Below are positions 55,260 through 63,194 of a stretch of 64,000 nt of DNA, piece by piece. The first letter of the stretch is position 1. Each line of letters opens with the position of its first letter. Made by a program: the position numbers and the translations under genes. Origin of the DNA: a bacterium (GTDB lineage: Bacteria > Patescibacteriota > Microgenomatia > UBA1406 > GWC2-37-13); the NCBI GenBank assembly GCA_021796235.1, contig JAJYOJ010000002.1, positions 34,660 through 98,659 on the forward strand, written 5' to 3'. A model generated the notes under the pieces. The model made no database searches and was not told where the DNA came from. It saw only the letters and a program-made list of their open reading frames with translations.

Positions 55260-56189
55260 GTGCAGGAAGGATACAGTCCAGTAAAACAGGCTAATTTGAA
55301 ACAAGGTTTAATCGACAGAGCATTAAATATTATTGCCAATTCAGTTGAGATGGATTTCCCTCAGGATACATTACGTCAGACCGCTCTTCAAATAGCCTCC
55401 GGTATTCCGGTCATACTTGTTTCCAATCATCAAAGTCATGTTGACGTAATGCCTTTAGCGGTTATTGCTAATCAGGTCAGAAGAGCCGCCAATGATTATA
55501 TCTCTACCGGTAAATACCCTCGTAAAAAGGCATTTTCTCATTTCTTATGTCCGATGGCCTCTTCGGTAGTGACTGGTGGACAGACGCAGGACATCACAGC
55601 CGGATACATCAATACCAGAGATTGGTTATTAAAAAACGGAATCGTGACAGTGCCGGTCACTCGTGACAGAGACATAAAATATTATGGAGGTCAAGGACTT
55701 CCGCCAACAATCGATTCTATGAGAGCTCTTTTAACCGCTTTTAAAGATGGTCACGGATTAGCTATAACTATTGCCGGTACCGTCGAGGAAGGCAGGCGGA
55801 AAAAAGGTGGTCGCTCGGGAAAAAGAATCGGACTGAAGAAGCTCTCTAGCAAAAATTTGCTGACTGAAACTGTCGTGAGACAACATGCGGCCGGTATTAA
55901 TACGTTGATTGTCCCAATTGCCATTTCGGGCACATACCTCTTATTTGATCCCGATGAAAGAAAAGTTACTTTATCTTCGGTTAGAACTTTAGTTAGAAAT
56001 TTAGTCCCTTTCTCTTTAACCAAAGCTACGACTGTTAAAGTAGCACAACCGATAATGACCGAAGAACTATGGGCAGATGCACCGGAAGATGAGGCAGATC
56101 TTCATACTTTTTTGAATAACCGTTTATTGGTAATTATTGCTAGCAAATTACCTCCTGAAGCACGGGGTGAATTCGCCAACATGGTTTGA
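55260..56189 (+). CDS. PlsC/LPLAT-family acyltransferase
   Basis: The NHQSHVD (HX4D) motif and a later AGTVEEG block. GTG start; an alternative ATG is at 55350. Confidence 0.65.
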   Translation: MQEGYSPVKQANLKQGLIDRALNIIANSVEMDFPQDTLRQTALQIASGIPVILVSNHQSHVDVMPLAVIANQVRRAANDYISTGKYPRKKAFSHFLCPMASSVVTGGQTQDITAGYINTRDWLLKNGIVTVPVTRDRDIKYYGGQGLPPTIDSMRALLTAFKDGHGLAITIAGTVEEGRRKKGGRSGKRIGLKKLSSKNLLTETVVRQHAAGINTLIVPIAISGTYLLFDPDERKVTLSSVRTLVRNLVPFSLTKATTVKVAQPIMTEELWADAPEDEADLHTFLNNRLLVIIASKLPPEARGEFANMV

Positions 56190-56207
56190 TTAAGATAAGT
56201 GTCAATA

Positions 56208-57308
56208 TTACACTCCTCTTCGCCAAGCTAAATATTTTTCGTAAAGATAAGTTAAATAATATTTTGGTGAGATAATGAAATCCTGCGTTGCTAAATAATC
56301 GAGCTGTTTTCCGCCGAAACCTTGTTTAAAGAGAGTTAAACCAGTCCAAGCTTTAGGAGTTCGACCCGGTTCGTGTATACCCCAAAAGTTATAAAGTTTA
56401 CAACCACGTTTTTTGGCTTCCTTGATTGCTTCCCACTGAAGCAAATACGGAACCGGAATTTTGCTGTGGATCGAGGCGCCCTGATGATAAAAGGAAGTTG
56501 TTTTTGTAAAAATAATTAAAGCCGAAGCTAAGGCGGTGGGTGTCGAGGCGTCAGGGCTCCTGGCAGCGCGCAGATCAGGCGATATTCGCCGCCTGTCAAG
56601 CACTGACGGGAAAGACGAAGAGACAGGTCCAGCCGCCCCAGTCCTTACTTTACCAAATAAAAACAAGGCATTTCCGGTTTTATTAAACGCGTCAAACTCG
56701 TTTCTGATGAATTCTTCTGAAAACGGAATAAAAGCTTCACGTTTAGTCGTTTCCTCATAGATTTTGTAAAAATCATGGACGGCATTTTTGTCGGTTCTTT
56801 TTTCTATAGTTACTCCATCACGGTCGATCCTTCTAATTAGATAGCGGGTTGTCTTTCGCATGTCTGCCAAAAGTTCCTCTTCTGATTTTTCAAGCGGCAG
56901 GACCCACATCCGTTCGGCATGCATATATATTGGTCCTTCTTTAAACCCTAAGGCTTTAAAAATTTTTCTATTTGTTTCCGTAGCTTCGAGATTAGGCGCA
57001 ATACGAATGAACGAATAGTTTTCCTCCCGAGCCAGTTTTAAAAGATAGTTTTTGAAAGCGCTAAAACAATTCTGAATTGTTAGCGGTCCGTATGGAACAA
57101 ACAAAAAATTGCCCCGCCGAGTTTTCATCTTTTCAACCAAAGCGATGCCAATGAGCTTGTTTTTGTCATAGATTCCCAATCGTAATATTTCGTAGCCTTG
57201 AAGTTTTTCGAACTCTCCCCATTCCCAAGACTGAAGGAATATAGGTGATCCGGCTTCTTCAAAAAAATTTTGCCAGATTTTTTTATCGGTAACCTCTTTG
57301 ATTTTCAT
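56208..57308 (-). CDS. FemAB-family peptidoglycan interpeptide-bridge aminoacyltransferase with an in-frame GC-rich insertion
   Basis: N-terminal WQNFFEEAGSPIFLQSWEWGEFEK and C-terminal YNFWGI are family-like. The segment RTGAAGPVSSSFPSVLDRRRISPDLRAARSPDASTPTALAS is encoded by repeat 56538-56639. Confidence 0.7.
   Translation of the reverse strand: MKIKEVTDKKIWQNFFEEAGSPIFLQSWEWGEFEKLQGYEILRLGIYDKNKLIGIALVEKMKTRRGNFLFVPYGPLTIQNCFSAFKNYLLKLAREENYSFIRIAPNLEATETNRKIFKALGFKEGPIYMHAERMWVLPLEKSEEELLADMRKTTRYLIRRIDRDGVTIEKRTDKNAVHDFYKIYEETTKREAFIPFSEEFIRNEFDAFNKTGNALFLFGKVRTGAAGPVSSSFPSVLDRRRISPDLRAARSPDASTPTALASALIIFTKTTSFYHQGASIHSKIPVPYLLQWEAIKEAKKRGCKLYNFWGIHEPGRTPKAWTGLTLFKQGFGGKQLDYLATQDFIISPKYYLTYLYEKYLAWRRGV
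56538..56639. repeat. Family-2 GC-rich element, copy A (inside the FemAB gene)
   Basis: The head gggtgtcgaggcgtcagggctcctggcagcgcgca matches the rc of 58527-58561 at 29/36. The tails gacgggaa...cagg(t/a)cc also match. Confidence 0.75.
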
Positions 57309-58474
57309 AAGACGTCGTTTAATGTTTTTACTACCTTTTCAGCTTCTTTGAGCGAAATATTCGTCGGTAAATTAATTATTTTTTTGCTTAGTTCTTCAGC
57401 GACAGGACAGTTGCCTTTTTTATACCCTACCCTATCGAGATTTAGGGCAATAGGAGCTACAACTTGCTCATACCAATTACCTAAAAAGATATTCTTTTTA
57501 GCAAGCTTTGCTATTATCTGATTGCGATTTGCTATTAACAGTGGGTATCTAAGCAGGGCCCCTTCATAGCTATTGCCAGAAAAATAATGATTGTAAAGGC
57601 TGACAGTTCGGGCTCTTTGTTTTTGTGCACGTGATAATTTATCCAACTGATTTAGTAAAAGGATTGCAAAAGCGTTTGGATAGGCCTTATCGAGCCAGTG
57701 GTCAAAATTCCCACCCTTTTCTTTAGTGGTTATTTCAGGAATTAGAAAGTTTAATTTAAGTAATATTTTATGAATTATTTTTCCCAAATAAATATAATAG
57801 GTTTTTTTAATAAAATAGGTAAGGGGTTTATAAAGGAGAGCCCGGAAGATAAATAATTTAGAGGGCATATTCAAGTTTATCGTTAGCGGTTTTTGTGAAA
57901 CAACTGCTCCACCAAACACCGAGGAAATAGCCTTCGAACGCCCAAAAGACATTAATAAATATGAATTCCCGATTTGCGATTTACGATCTGCGATTTTATC
58001 TTTATTATATCCGTGCGCTATATCTTCAATTAGCACCAAGTTATGCTTTTTGACAACGGAGTGTATTTCCGCTCTTTGGGCCGGTGTCAAACCAAAAGTA
58101 TGTTGGAGAATGACTACTCTTGAGCTTGGGCCTATCCGTCTTTCCAGTTCTATAGGGTTCATTGAAAAAGTTTTTTTCTCGATATCAACGTAAACGGCCT
58201 TTAAGCTATTTGCTAGTATCGGCAGTACAACGGCTTCGCAAGTAAAAGCCTGAATCAAAATTTCACTATTTTTTGGCAGTCTCATAGTTTTAAGGAGGTG
58301 AAACAAAGCAGATCTACCGGTTAAAAAGAGAGAAACATTAAGATTTGGGAAAAGAACCTTTTTGAGCTCATTTAACTCTTTTCCCGTCTTCCATCGCCAC
58401 GGTTGCCAGAGAAGCTTAAGGCTTAATAACGCGTCATCCAGCTCTTCATTTGGAGCAAAATCTGTGCTGATCAT
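57305..58474 (-). CDS. DegT/DnrJ/EryC1/StrS-family PLP-dependent aminotransferase
   Basis: IEDIAHG..., the SFGRSKAIS lysine motif and a length of about 389 aa from MISTDF at 58474. The track N-terminal extension runs through repeat copy B. Confidence 0.7.
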   Translation of the reverse strand: MISTDFAPNEELDDALLSLKLLWQPWRWKTGKELNELKKVLFPNLNVSLFLTGRSALFHLLKTMRLPKNSEILIQAFTCEAVVLPILANSLKAVYVDIEKKTFSMNPIELERRIGPSSRVVILQHTFGLTPAQRAEIHSVVKKHNLVLIEDIAHGYNKDKIADRKSQIGNSYLLMSFGRSKAISSVFGGAVVSQKPLTINLNMPSKLFIFRALLYKPLTYFIKKTYYIYLGKIIHKILLKLNFLIPEITTKEKGGNFDHWLDKAYPNAFAILLLNQLDKLSRAQKQRARTVSLYNHYFSGNSYEGALLRYPLLIANRNQIIAKLAKKNIFLGNWYEQVVAPIALNLDRVGYKKGNCPVAEELSKKIINLPTNISLKEAEKVVKTLNDVL

Positions 58475-58482
58475 AAGTTTTA

Positions 58483-58561
58483 GGGTCCTGCCGCGGCTCT
58501 CATTCCCGTCGATCCTCACTTCCGTTGCGCGCTGCCGGGATCCCTTTCGCCCGCGCCACCC
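58483..58561. repeat. Family-2 GC-rich element, copy B (inverted; fills the TGase-DegT intergenic spacer)
   Basis: The rc reads gggtggcgcgggcgaaagggatcccggcagcgcgcaacggaagtgaggatcgacgggaatgagagccgcggcaggaccc. See copy A. Confidence 0.75.
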
Positions 58562-58562
58562 T

Positions 58563-59402
58563 TCAAATATATACAGGGCTCTGAAACAAATCAATTTTAT
58601 AATTTTTAGTTCCAATATTTAAGTCGAAGTCTTCCCCATAAGAAAGTACAAGCCGGTCATCCGGGATTATTCCAAAGTCTCCTTGGGAGCTTGTAAAATT
58701 ATTAACTCGCTGCCATTCGATCGAAGGATCAAGGGGAAACCAGGAGTCATCCGGTAATAATATTTCAACCCAGACGTGCATGGATAGTGAACGGAATGTC
58801 AATGAATCGATTCTTAATTTTGTCAGAAAAAGTTTGGAAAGGCTTGGTCGTAAAAGATATCCTACAACTAGCCGAGACGGTATGTTGACCGATTGTAAAA
58901 GTGATAATAAAAGAGTTGAAAAGCCACCACAATCTGTTGTCCTCTCCCTCAATGCCTGTTTATATGTATAAAGTGCTTTGTTGGGTTTGCCGTAAGTCAA
59001 GTACGTTAAAACAAATCGATAGATGTTTTTTATTGTCTTAGCGAGCGATTTTTCTTCCCCGACAATTTTTTTTGCTAAACGTTGTATTTGCACATCCTTA
59101 CCATTAATAAACCGATCGGGATTTGTAATTCTTGAATATTCGTTTATTTTAAATGTTGAGTCAATCGTCTGATTGATCGAGATAGCTTTGTGATTAAAAT
59201 TGATGCAGGCATAATGTTTAACGTCGTTTAATGTAAAAGATACGATATCATTCCCCCACTTGTTTTCTTTGAATCTTTTATACTTTCTTGGTTCAATTTC
59301 CAAACTCGTTATTTTTTGATACTGATTGGTTTGAGGAAGTGAAAACAAGACATACTCCCCGGCTTTTTTAGGAAGCTCGAGTCTAAATTCTAGTTGAGAC
59401 AT
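58563..59402 (-). CDS. Transglutaminase-like cysteine protease-fold protein
   Basis: TTDCGGFSTLLLSLLQSVNIPSRLVVGY ... HVWVEILL...WFPLDPS gives a Cys-His-Asp arrangement. Confidence 0.8.
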   Translation of the reverse strand: MSQLEFRLELPKKAGEYVLFSLPQTNQYQKITSLEIEPRKYKRFKENKWGNDIVSFTLNDVKHYACINFNHKAISINQTIDSTFKINEYSRITNPDRFINGKDVQIQRLAKKIVGEEKSLAKTIKNIYRFVLTYLTYGKPNKALYTYKQALRERTTDCGGFSTLLLSLLQSVNIPSRLVVGYLLRPSLSKLFLTKLRIDSLTFRSLSMHVWVEILLPDDSWFPLDPSIEWQRVNNFTSSQGDFGIIPDDRLVLSYGEDFDLNIGTKNYKIDLFQSPVYI

Positions 59403-60052
59403 TATGGCGATAAAAGGAGCGTCTTAAATTGGTCAAATGACGTAATGGAAAGTTTTTTTCCGTTTAAATAAAAGGTTGGCGTTGCATCAACTCCGGCTTG
59501 CTGGCCGGACAAGAGATCATTATTTACCTTATCTTTGACTTCTTTCGAGTTCCAGTCTTTTTGGAACTGATCAACATTCAAACCAAGCTGTTTTGCGAAG
59601 GAGACAAAAGTGTTTTTATAGTTTGGATCATTTTCCCATCTCTGTTGATTGGTAAAAAGCAAATCCGCCATTTCGAAGTACTTGCCCTGCAGTCCGGCAG
59701 CTTCGGCGGCATAGGCAGAATCATAGGCTTTATCGTGAATTTGATAAAGCGGAAAATCGCGTTCCACAAAAGTTATATTTTTGATAATCTTGGAATCTGC
59801 ACTGCCTGAAGCTTCCATCTGTTTTAAAAATGCATGAAACTCCGCACAGCTTGGGCACTGAAAATCCGCATACTCAACCAAAATATTTTTTTTATCTGGC
59901 GACCACTCCACATGATCGGTTGCGTTTATTACGCTAACATTGGGATTTACAACCGAAGAGGATTGTCCGTTATTAGTTAACTGGTATGCAACAAATAAAA
60001 ATCCGACTATAGCGATGGCAGAAACTACAGTTATTAATATTTTGTTATTCAT
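59402..60052 (-). CDS. DsbA/BdbD-like thioredoxin-fold thiol:disulfide oxidoreductase
   Basis: TM anchor. YADFQCPSCAEFH contains the CxxC motif; C-terminal VDATPTFYLNGKK. Confidence 0.8.
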   Translation of the reverse strand: MNNKILITVVSAIAIVGFLFVAYQLTNNGQSSSVVNPNVSVINATDHVEWSPDKKNILVEYADFQCPSCAEFHAFLKQMEASGSADSKIIKNITFVERDFPLYQIHDKAYDSAYAAEAAGLQGKYFEMADLLFTNQQRWENDPNYKNTFVSFAKQLGLNVDQFQKDWNSKEVKDKVNNDLLSGQQAGVDATPTFYLNGKKLSITSFDQFKTLLLSP

Positions 60053-60077
60053 AAATAATGATTATATCAAATACTGA

Positions 60078-60872
60078 TTAACCACTAGCTGAAGTATAAT
60101 ATCGGAGTGCAAATTTCCAAAACCAGCGAGAAATTAAAAAAATAAGCACCGAAAAAAACAATAATCCTGAAATATCACCTAAAAGTACCTTATGCAAAAG
60201 CACTTTAGTCGGAGTGGCCATGATAAACGTTAAGGGCACAAGAAAAAAAAGAAAATAGTTCTTTATTTCATAAACCATTTGAGGCGGAAATTTGCTTACA
60301 CTGCTTACGTTATATAGAAGATCGATCAGGTTGGATAAGCGTGGATACCAAATAAGCGTGGTTGCAACAATAAACCAAAAGGAATAAATAAGAACTAAAC
60401 CAAAGAGGCCAAGAACCAAAAAACCGATTATATTTATTGCAGAAACGCCGGTATGAGTAATAATCAACATATAAATAAGCACAGCTGTTCCCAGAAGTAT
60501 TCGGAATATGCCGGCAAAATTAATAATCCAAAGGCTTAAACTAAACTGGGAATCAATTGGTTTAACCAATATAGTATCGAGTTCTCCGTAATCTATAACT
60601 CGCGAAAGACGACCAAAATTTCTGGCAAAAATAAAGTGAAAAATCCCCCAAAAAAAAGTGTAAGCAGCAGTAAGAATTATTAGCTCATCTCTTGTCCAGC
60701 CATAAACAGTCTTGGTTTTTGAGGTTAAAAGAAGAATTAATATAAATTGTAAAGACGACCAGACAATTGCACCTGCCAACCTACTGTAAAAACCACCTAA
60801 ATAGGCAGTTGTTCTTGAAAGATTCATATCAATGATTTTTTTGTAAACGCGCAAATATTTTCCTAGTTTCAT
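60078..60872 (-). CDS. ABC-2-type transporter permease
   Basis: 6-TM protein, translationally coupled to the upstream permease and ATPase. Confidence 0.6.
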   Translation of the reverse strand: MKLGKYLRVYKKIIDMNLSRTTAYLGGFYSRLAGAIVWSSLQFILILLLTSKTKTVYGWTRDELIILTAAYTFFWGIFHFIFARNFGRLSRVIDYGELDTILVKPIDSQFSLSLWIINFAGIFRILLGTAVLIYMLIITHTGVSAINIIGFLVLGLFGLVLIYSFWFIVATTLIWYPRLSNLIDLLYNVSSVSKFPPQMVYEIKNYFLFFLVPLTFIMATPTKVLLHKVLLGDISGLLFFSVLIFLISRWFWKFALRYYTSASG

Positions 60873-61666
60873 TGTCCGATTGCCGTAAATTTTTTAATGC
60901 CAGCTGACCAAGCCTTCTTATAAACAAGACTCAAAACAAGGAGCCAAGCGAATTGAATAAATATTACATTCAGAGCTTCTTGGTTTGTTAAACGACCGAT
61001 AAAAGCGATGACCGGGTAATAAATCATATAGGCAAAGGGCGAAAGGTTAGCTGCGACTTTAACAAACGATGGTAAGAGTACGACCGGCATTGCAAATCCG
61101 GCGAGAACAACCTGGGCAACCTCAACAACATCAAAGATTCCCCACACCTCAACTATCCAGAAGGCCAAAAGTCCCAGTATTTCTTTAAAGGTATTGGATA
61201 AAAAAAAACCAAGTACCGCAATTATTACTGCCAATGTCAAGCTTACGAAGTTATTGGTAATTGTAATAAATTTACTAAAAAAGAAATAAATAATAACCAG
61301 AACAATTATGCCGTATATTCCCTGAAGCAACCGATATGGCATTTCCTCAAAAAGCTTTATCCAATAATAAGGAAAAGGTTTAACAAGATAGCGTACGAGT
61401 TCTCCTTTTTGAATGTCGTACTCAGAGATATCTTCTTCGATATGGGAAATCAGGAAGGCGCCGGCGATTGCCACTAAAAAATAATACGAGGTAATTGTTG
61501 AGATATTCCAACCCGGAAGTATTTCTTTATTGCTTGTTAAGGCACCGCGCCAGAAAAGAATCATAACAAGCGGGTTTACAAAAGTCACAATGAACCAGAT
61601 TAAAGAACGTAACCGTTGTTCAAAAACATGCTCAAAATGCAGAAATAAAATTCTAAGGTAGCGCAT
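60869..61666 (-). CDS. ABC-2-type transporter permease
   Basis: 6-TM paralogue-like partner with a 4-nt overlap. Confidence 0.6.
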   Translation of the reverse strand: MRYLRILFLHFEHVFEQRLRSLIWFIVTFVNPLVMILFWRGALTSNKEILPGWNISTITSYYFLVAIAGAFLISHIEEDISEYDIQKGELVRYLVKPFPYYWIKLFEEMPYRLLQGIYGIIVLVIIYFFFSKFITITNNFVSLTLAVIIAVLGFFLSNTFKEILGLLAFWIVEVWGIFDVVEVAQVVLAGFAMPVVLLPSFVKVAANLSPFAYMIYYPVIAFIGRLTNQEALNVIFIQFAWLLVLSLVYKKAWSAGIKKFTAIGQ

Positions 61667-61668
61667 AG

Positions 61669-62649
61669 CTATTTTTGTTTCCCGGAAAAAATCTTGCGTA
61701 TAACGTCTTCAATTTCAGGATTTTCAATATTGATGTCTTCAACCGGAAACTCTTCTAAAAGCTTGGCAGCAACCCTTTTTACCTGAGCAAGAGAAACCGT
61801 TAAGGTTACCTTAGGAAAATCATAAGCTTCAATTTTTCCCAGTTTTTCTAGTTTTTCACGACTTACCTGATCGGAAAAAACTATCAAAAGCTGTTTTTCC
61901 GGTGAATATTTTTTGACAACATTTTCTAAAAGTCCATCATAAATTATTTTTCCGTAACTAATTATGATAACTCGTTTACAAAGCTCTTTTACATCATCCA
62001 TATAATGACTGGTTAAAATTATTGTTGCGTTGAAACGGCGGTTATATTCACGGATGAAATCGCGCAGTTTTTTTTGCATAAAAACATCAAGCCCAATTGT
62101 CGGCTCATCCAAAAAAAGCACTCTAGGTCGGTGTAGTAATGATCCAATCAGCTCCATTTTCATGCGCTGTCCGAGCGATAATTTACGGACCTGGACGTTT
62201 AAAATTTTTTTTACATCCAGAAGTGTCGCCAGCTCATCCAGAGTTTCGTTAAATTCCGGCGTTGGTATTTCATAGATTTCTTTATTGAGGAGAAATGTTT
62301 CGACTGCGGGAAGATCCCACCAAAGTTGGTTTTTTTGGCCCATGACAATTGCCATCTGTTTCAAATAAGCGTCTTTTCTGTCATATGGAGTAAAACCTAA
62401 AACTGAAATTTCACCACTTGTTGGCCATAAGAGACCGGAAAGACATTTTAAGGTTGTAGTCTTCCCTGCTCCGTTGGGGCCGATAAAGCCCACGAGTTCG
62501 CCTTCATTTATCTCAAAAGAAATGGCGTCGACAGCTTTTGTTTCAAAATATTTTCGATTAACCAAAGACTTTATTGACCCAAAAATTCCAGGTTCTTTTT
62601 TGTAACTTTGGTAAGCTTTTACAAGACGTCTAACCGTGATTATGGCCAT
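61669..62649 (-). CDS. ABC transporter ATP-binding protein
   Basis: GPNGAGKTT, LSLGQRMK and LFLDEPTIGLD motifs. The start MAIITVRR at 62649 is used because the longer track ORF would overlap tRNA-Ser. Confidence 0.9.
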   Translation of the reverse strand: MAIITVRRLVKAYQSYKKEPGIFGSIKSLVNRKYFETKAVDAISFEINEGELVGFIGPNGAGKTTTLKCLSGLLWPTSGEISVLGFTPYDRKDAYLKQMAIVMGQKNQLWWDLPAVETFLLNKEIYEIPTPEFNETLDELATLLDVKKILNVQVRKLSLGQRMKMELIGSLLHRPRVLFLDEPTIGLDVFMQKKLRDFIREYNRRFNATIILTSHYMDDVKELCKRVIIISYGKIIYDGLLENVVKKYSPEKQLLIVFSDQVSREKLEKLGKIEAYDFPKVTLTVSLAQVKRVAAKLLEEFPVEDINIENPEIEDVIRKIFSGKQK

Positions 62650-62699
62650 AAGACCATTATAGCTAAAATGCTCGGGAATTGATAAAATATAGCTGCAAA

Positions 62700-62786
62700 G
62701 GAGAAGTCGCATAGTGGACGAGTGCGTACGCCTGGAAAGCGTATAAGACCGCAAGGTCTTCGCGGGTTCGAATCCCGCCTTCTCCG
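62700..62786 (+). tRNA. tRNA-Ser (anticodon GGA)
   Basis: Acceptor GGAGAAG/CTTCTCC, anticodon stem TACGC/GCGTA with loop CTGGAAA, long variable arm AGACC-GCA-GGTCT, T arm GCGGG-TTCGAAT-CCCGC. Confidence 0.85.
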
Positions 62787-62887
62787 CCCTGATTTGGAGC
62801 GTCTCAGCGACCTGAATACTACCATTAAACAGCTCGCTGGGGCTTGCTCAAAATCTTGGGATTCAAGACTTTTCGGTTTTACATCCT

Positions 62888-62935
62888 GGAGAAGGAAAAA
62901 GAGAAAAACACCTGAGAATCTCTTTTTCCTTCTCC
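62888..62935 (+). terminator. 17-bp perfect-stem hairpin followed by a T-rich run
   Basis: ggagaaggaaaaagaga (62888-62904) and tctctttttccttctcc (62919-62935) with a 14-nt loop, followed by ttttctttc. Confidence 0.5.
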
Positions 62936-63024
62936 TTTTCTTTCAAACTGTCATGTATTTACAAAATTACTCTCAAAAATAGATAATCCTGTAACAGTTG
63001 GAAAAGACCGCTATAAGGATCCAC

Positions 63025-63120
63025 TTACTTTATTTCCCAGACAACACGTCCTTCTTTCAGACGTTGCACCGGCCGAAAGCCTACCAGAATAAGCCAAAGA
63101 ATTATTTGTTTAGCTTCCAT
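63025..63120 (-). CDS. Possible 31-aa ORF downstream of the recombinase
   Basis: Own translation: MEAKQIILWLILVGFRPVQRLKEGRVVWEIK. GGGAGG lies about 8 nt upstream of the ATG. Confidence 0.2.
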   Translation of the reverse strand: MEAKQIILWLILVGFRPVQRLKEGRVVWEIK

Positions 63121-63194
63121 ATAGAAAACCTCCCTTCATAAATATATTTTAAGTAATTCTTGTCAAGTTTTTTTTAAACCTTCTGAAAAGAAAG

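Noticed and set aside
55082-55339. 85-aa minus-strand ORF in the non-coding region.
   Set aside because: It overlaps the acyltransferase start, has no RBS and has an odd composition. It is probably a chance ORF.
58475-58615. 47-aa N-terminal extension of the DegT-family ORF (MELKIIKL...GRTLKL).
   Set aside because: The extension is encoded by family-2 repeat copy B and overlaps the end of the transglutaminase-like gene. The start MISTDF at 58474 gives a family-typical length.
62650-62754. Long N-terminal extension of the ABC ATPase ORF (start at 62754).
   Set aside because: It overlaps the tRNA-Ser gene on the opposite strand. The family-typical N-terminus MAIITVRRLVKAY begins at 62649.
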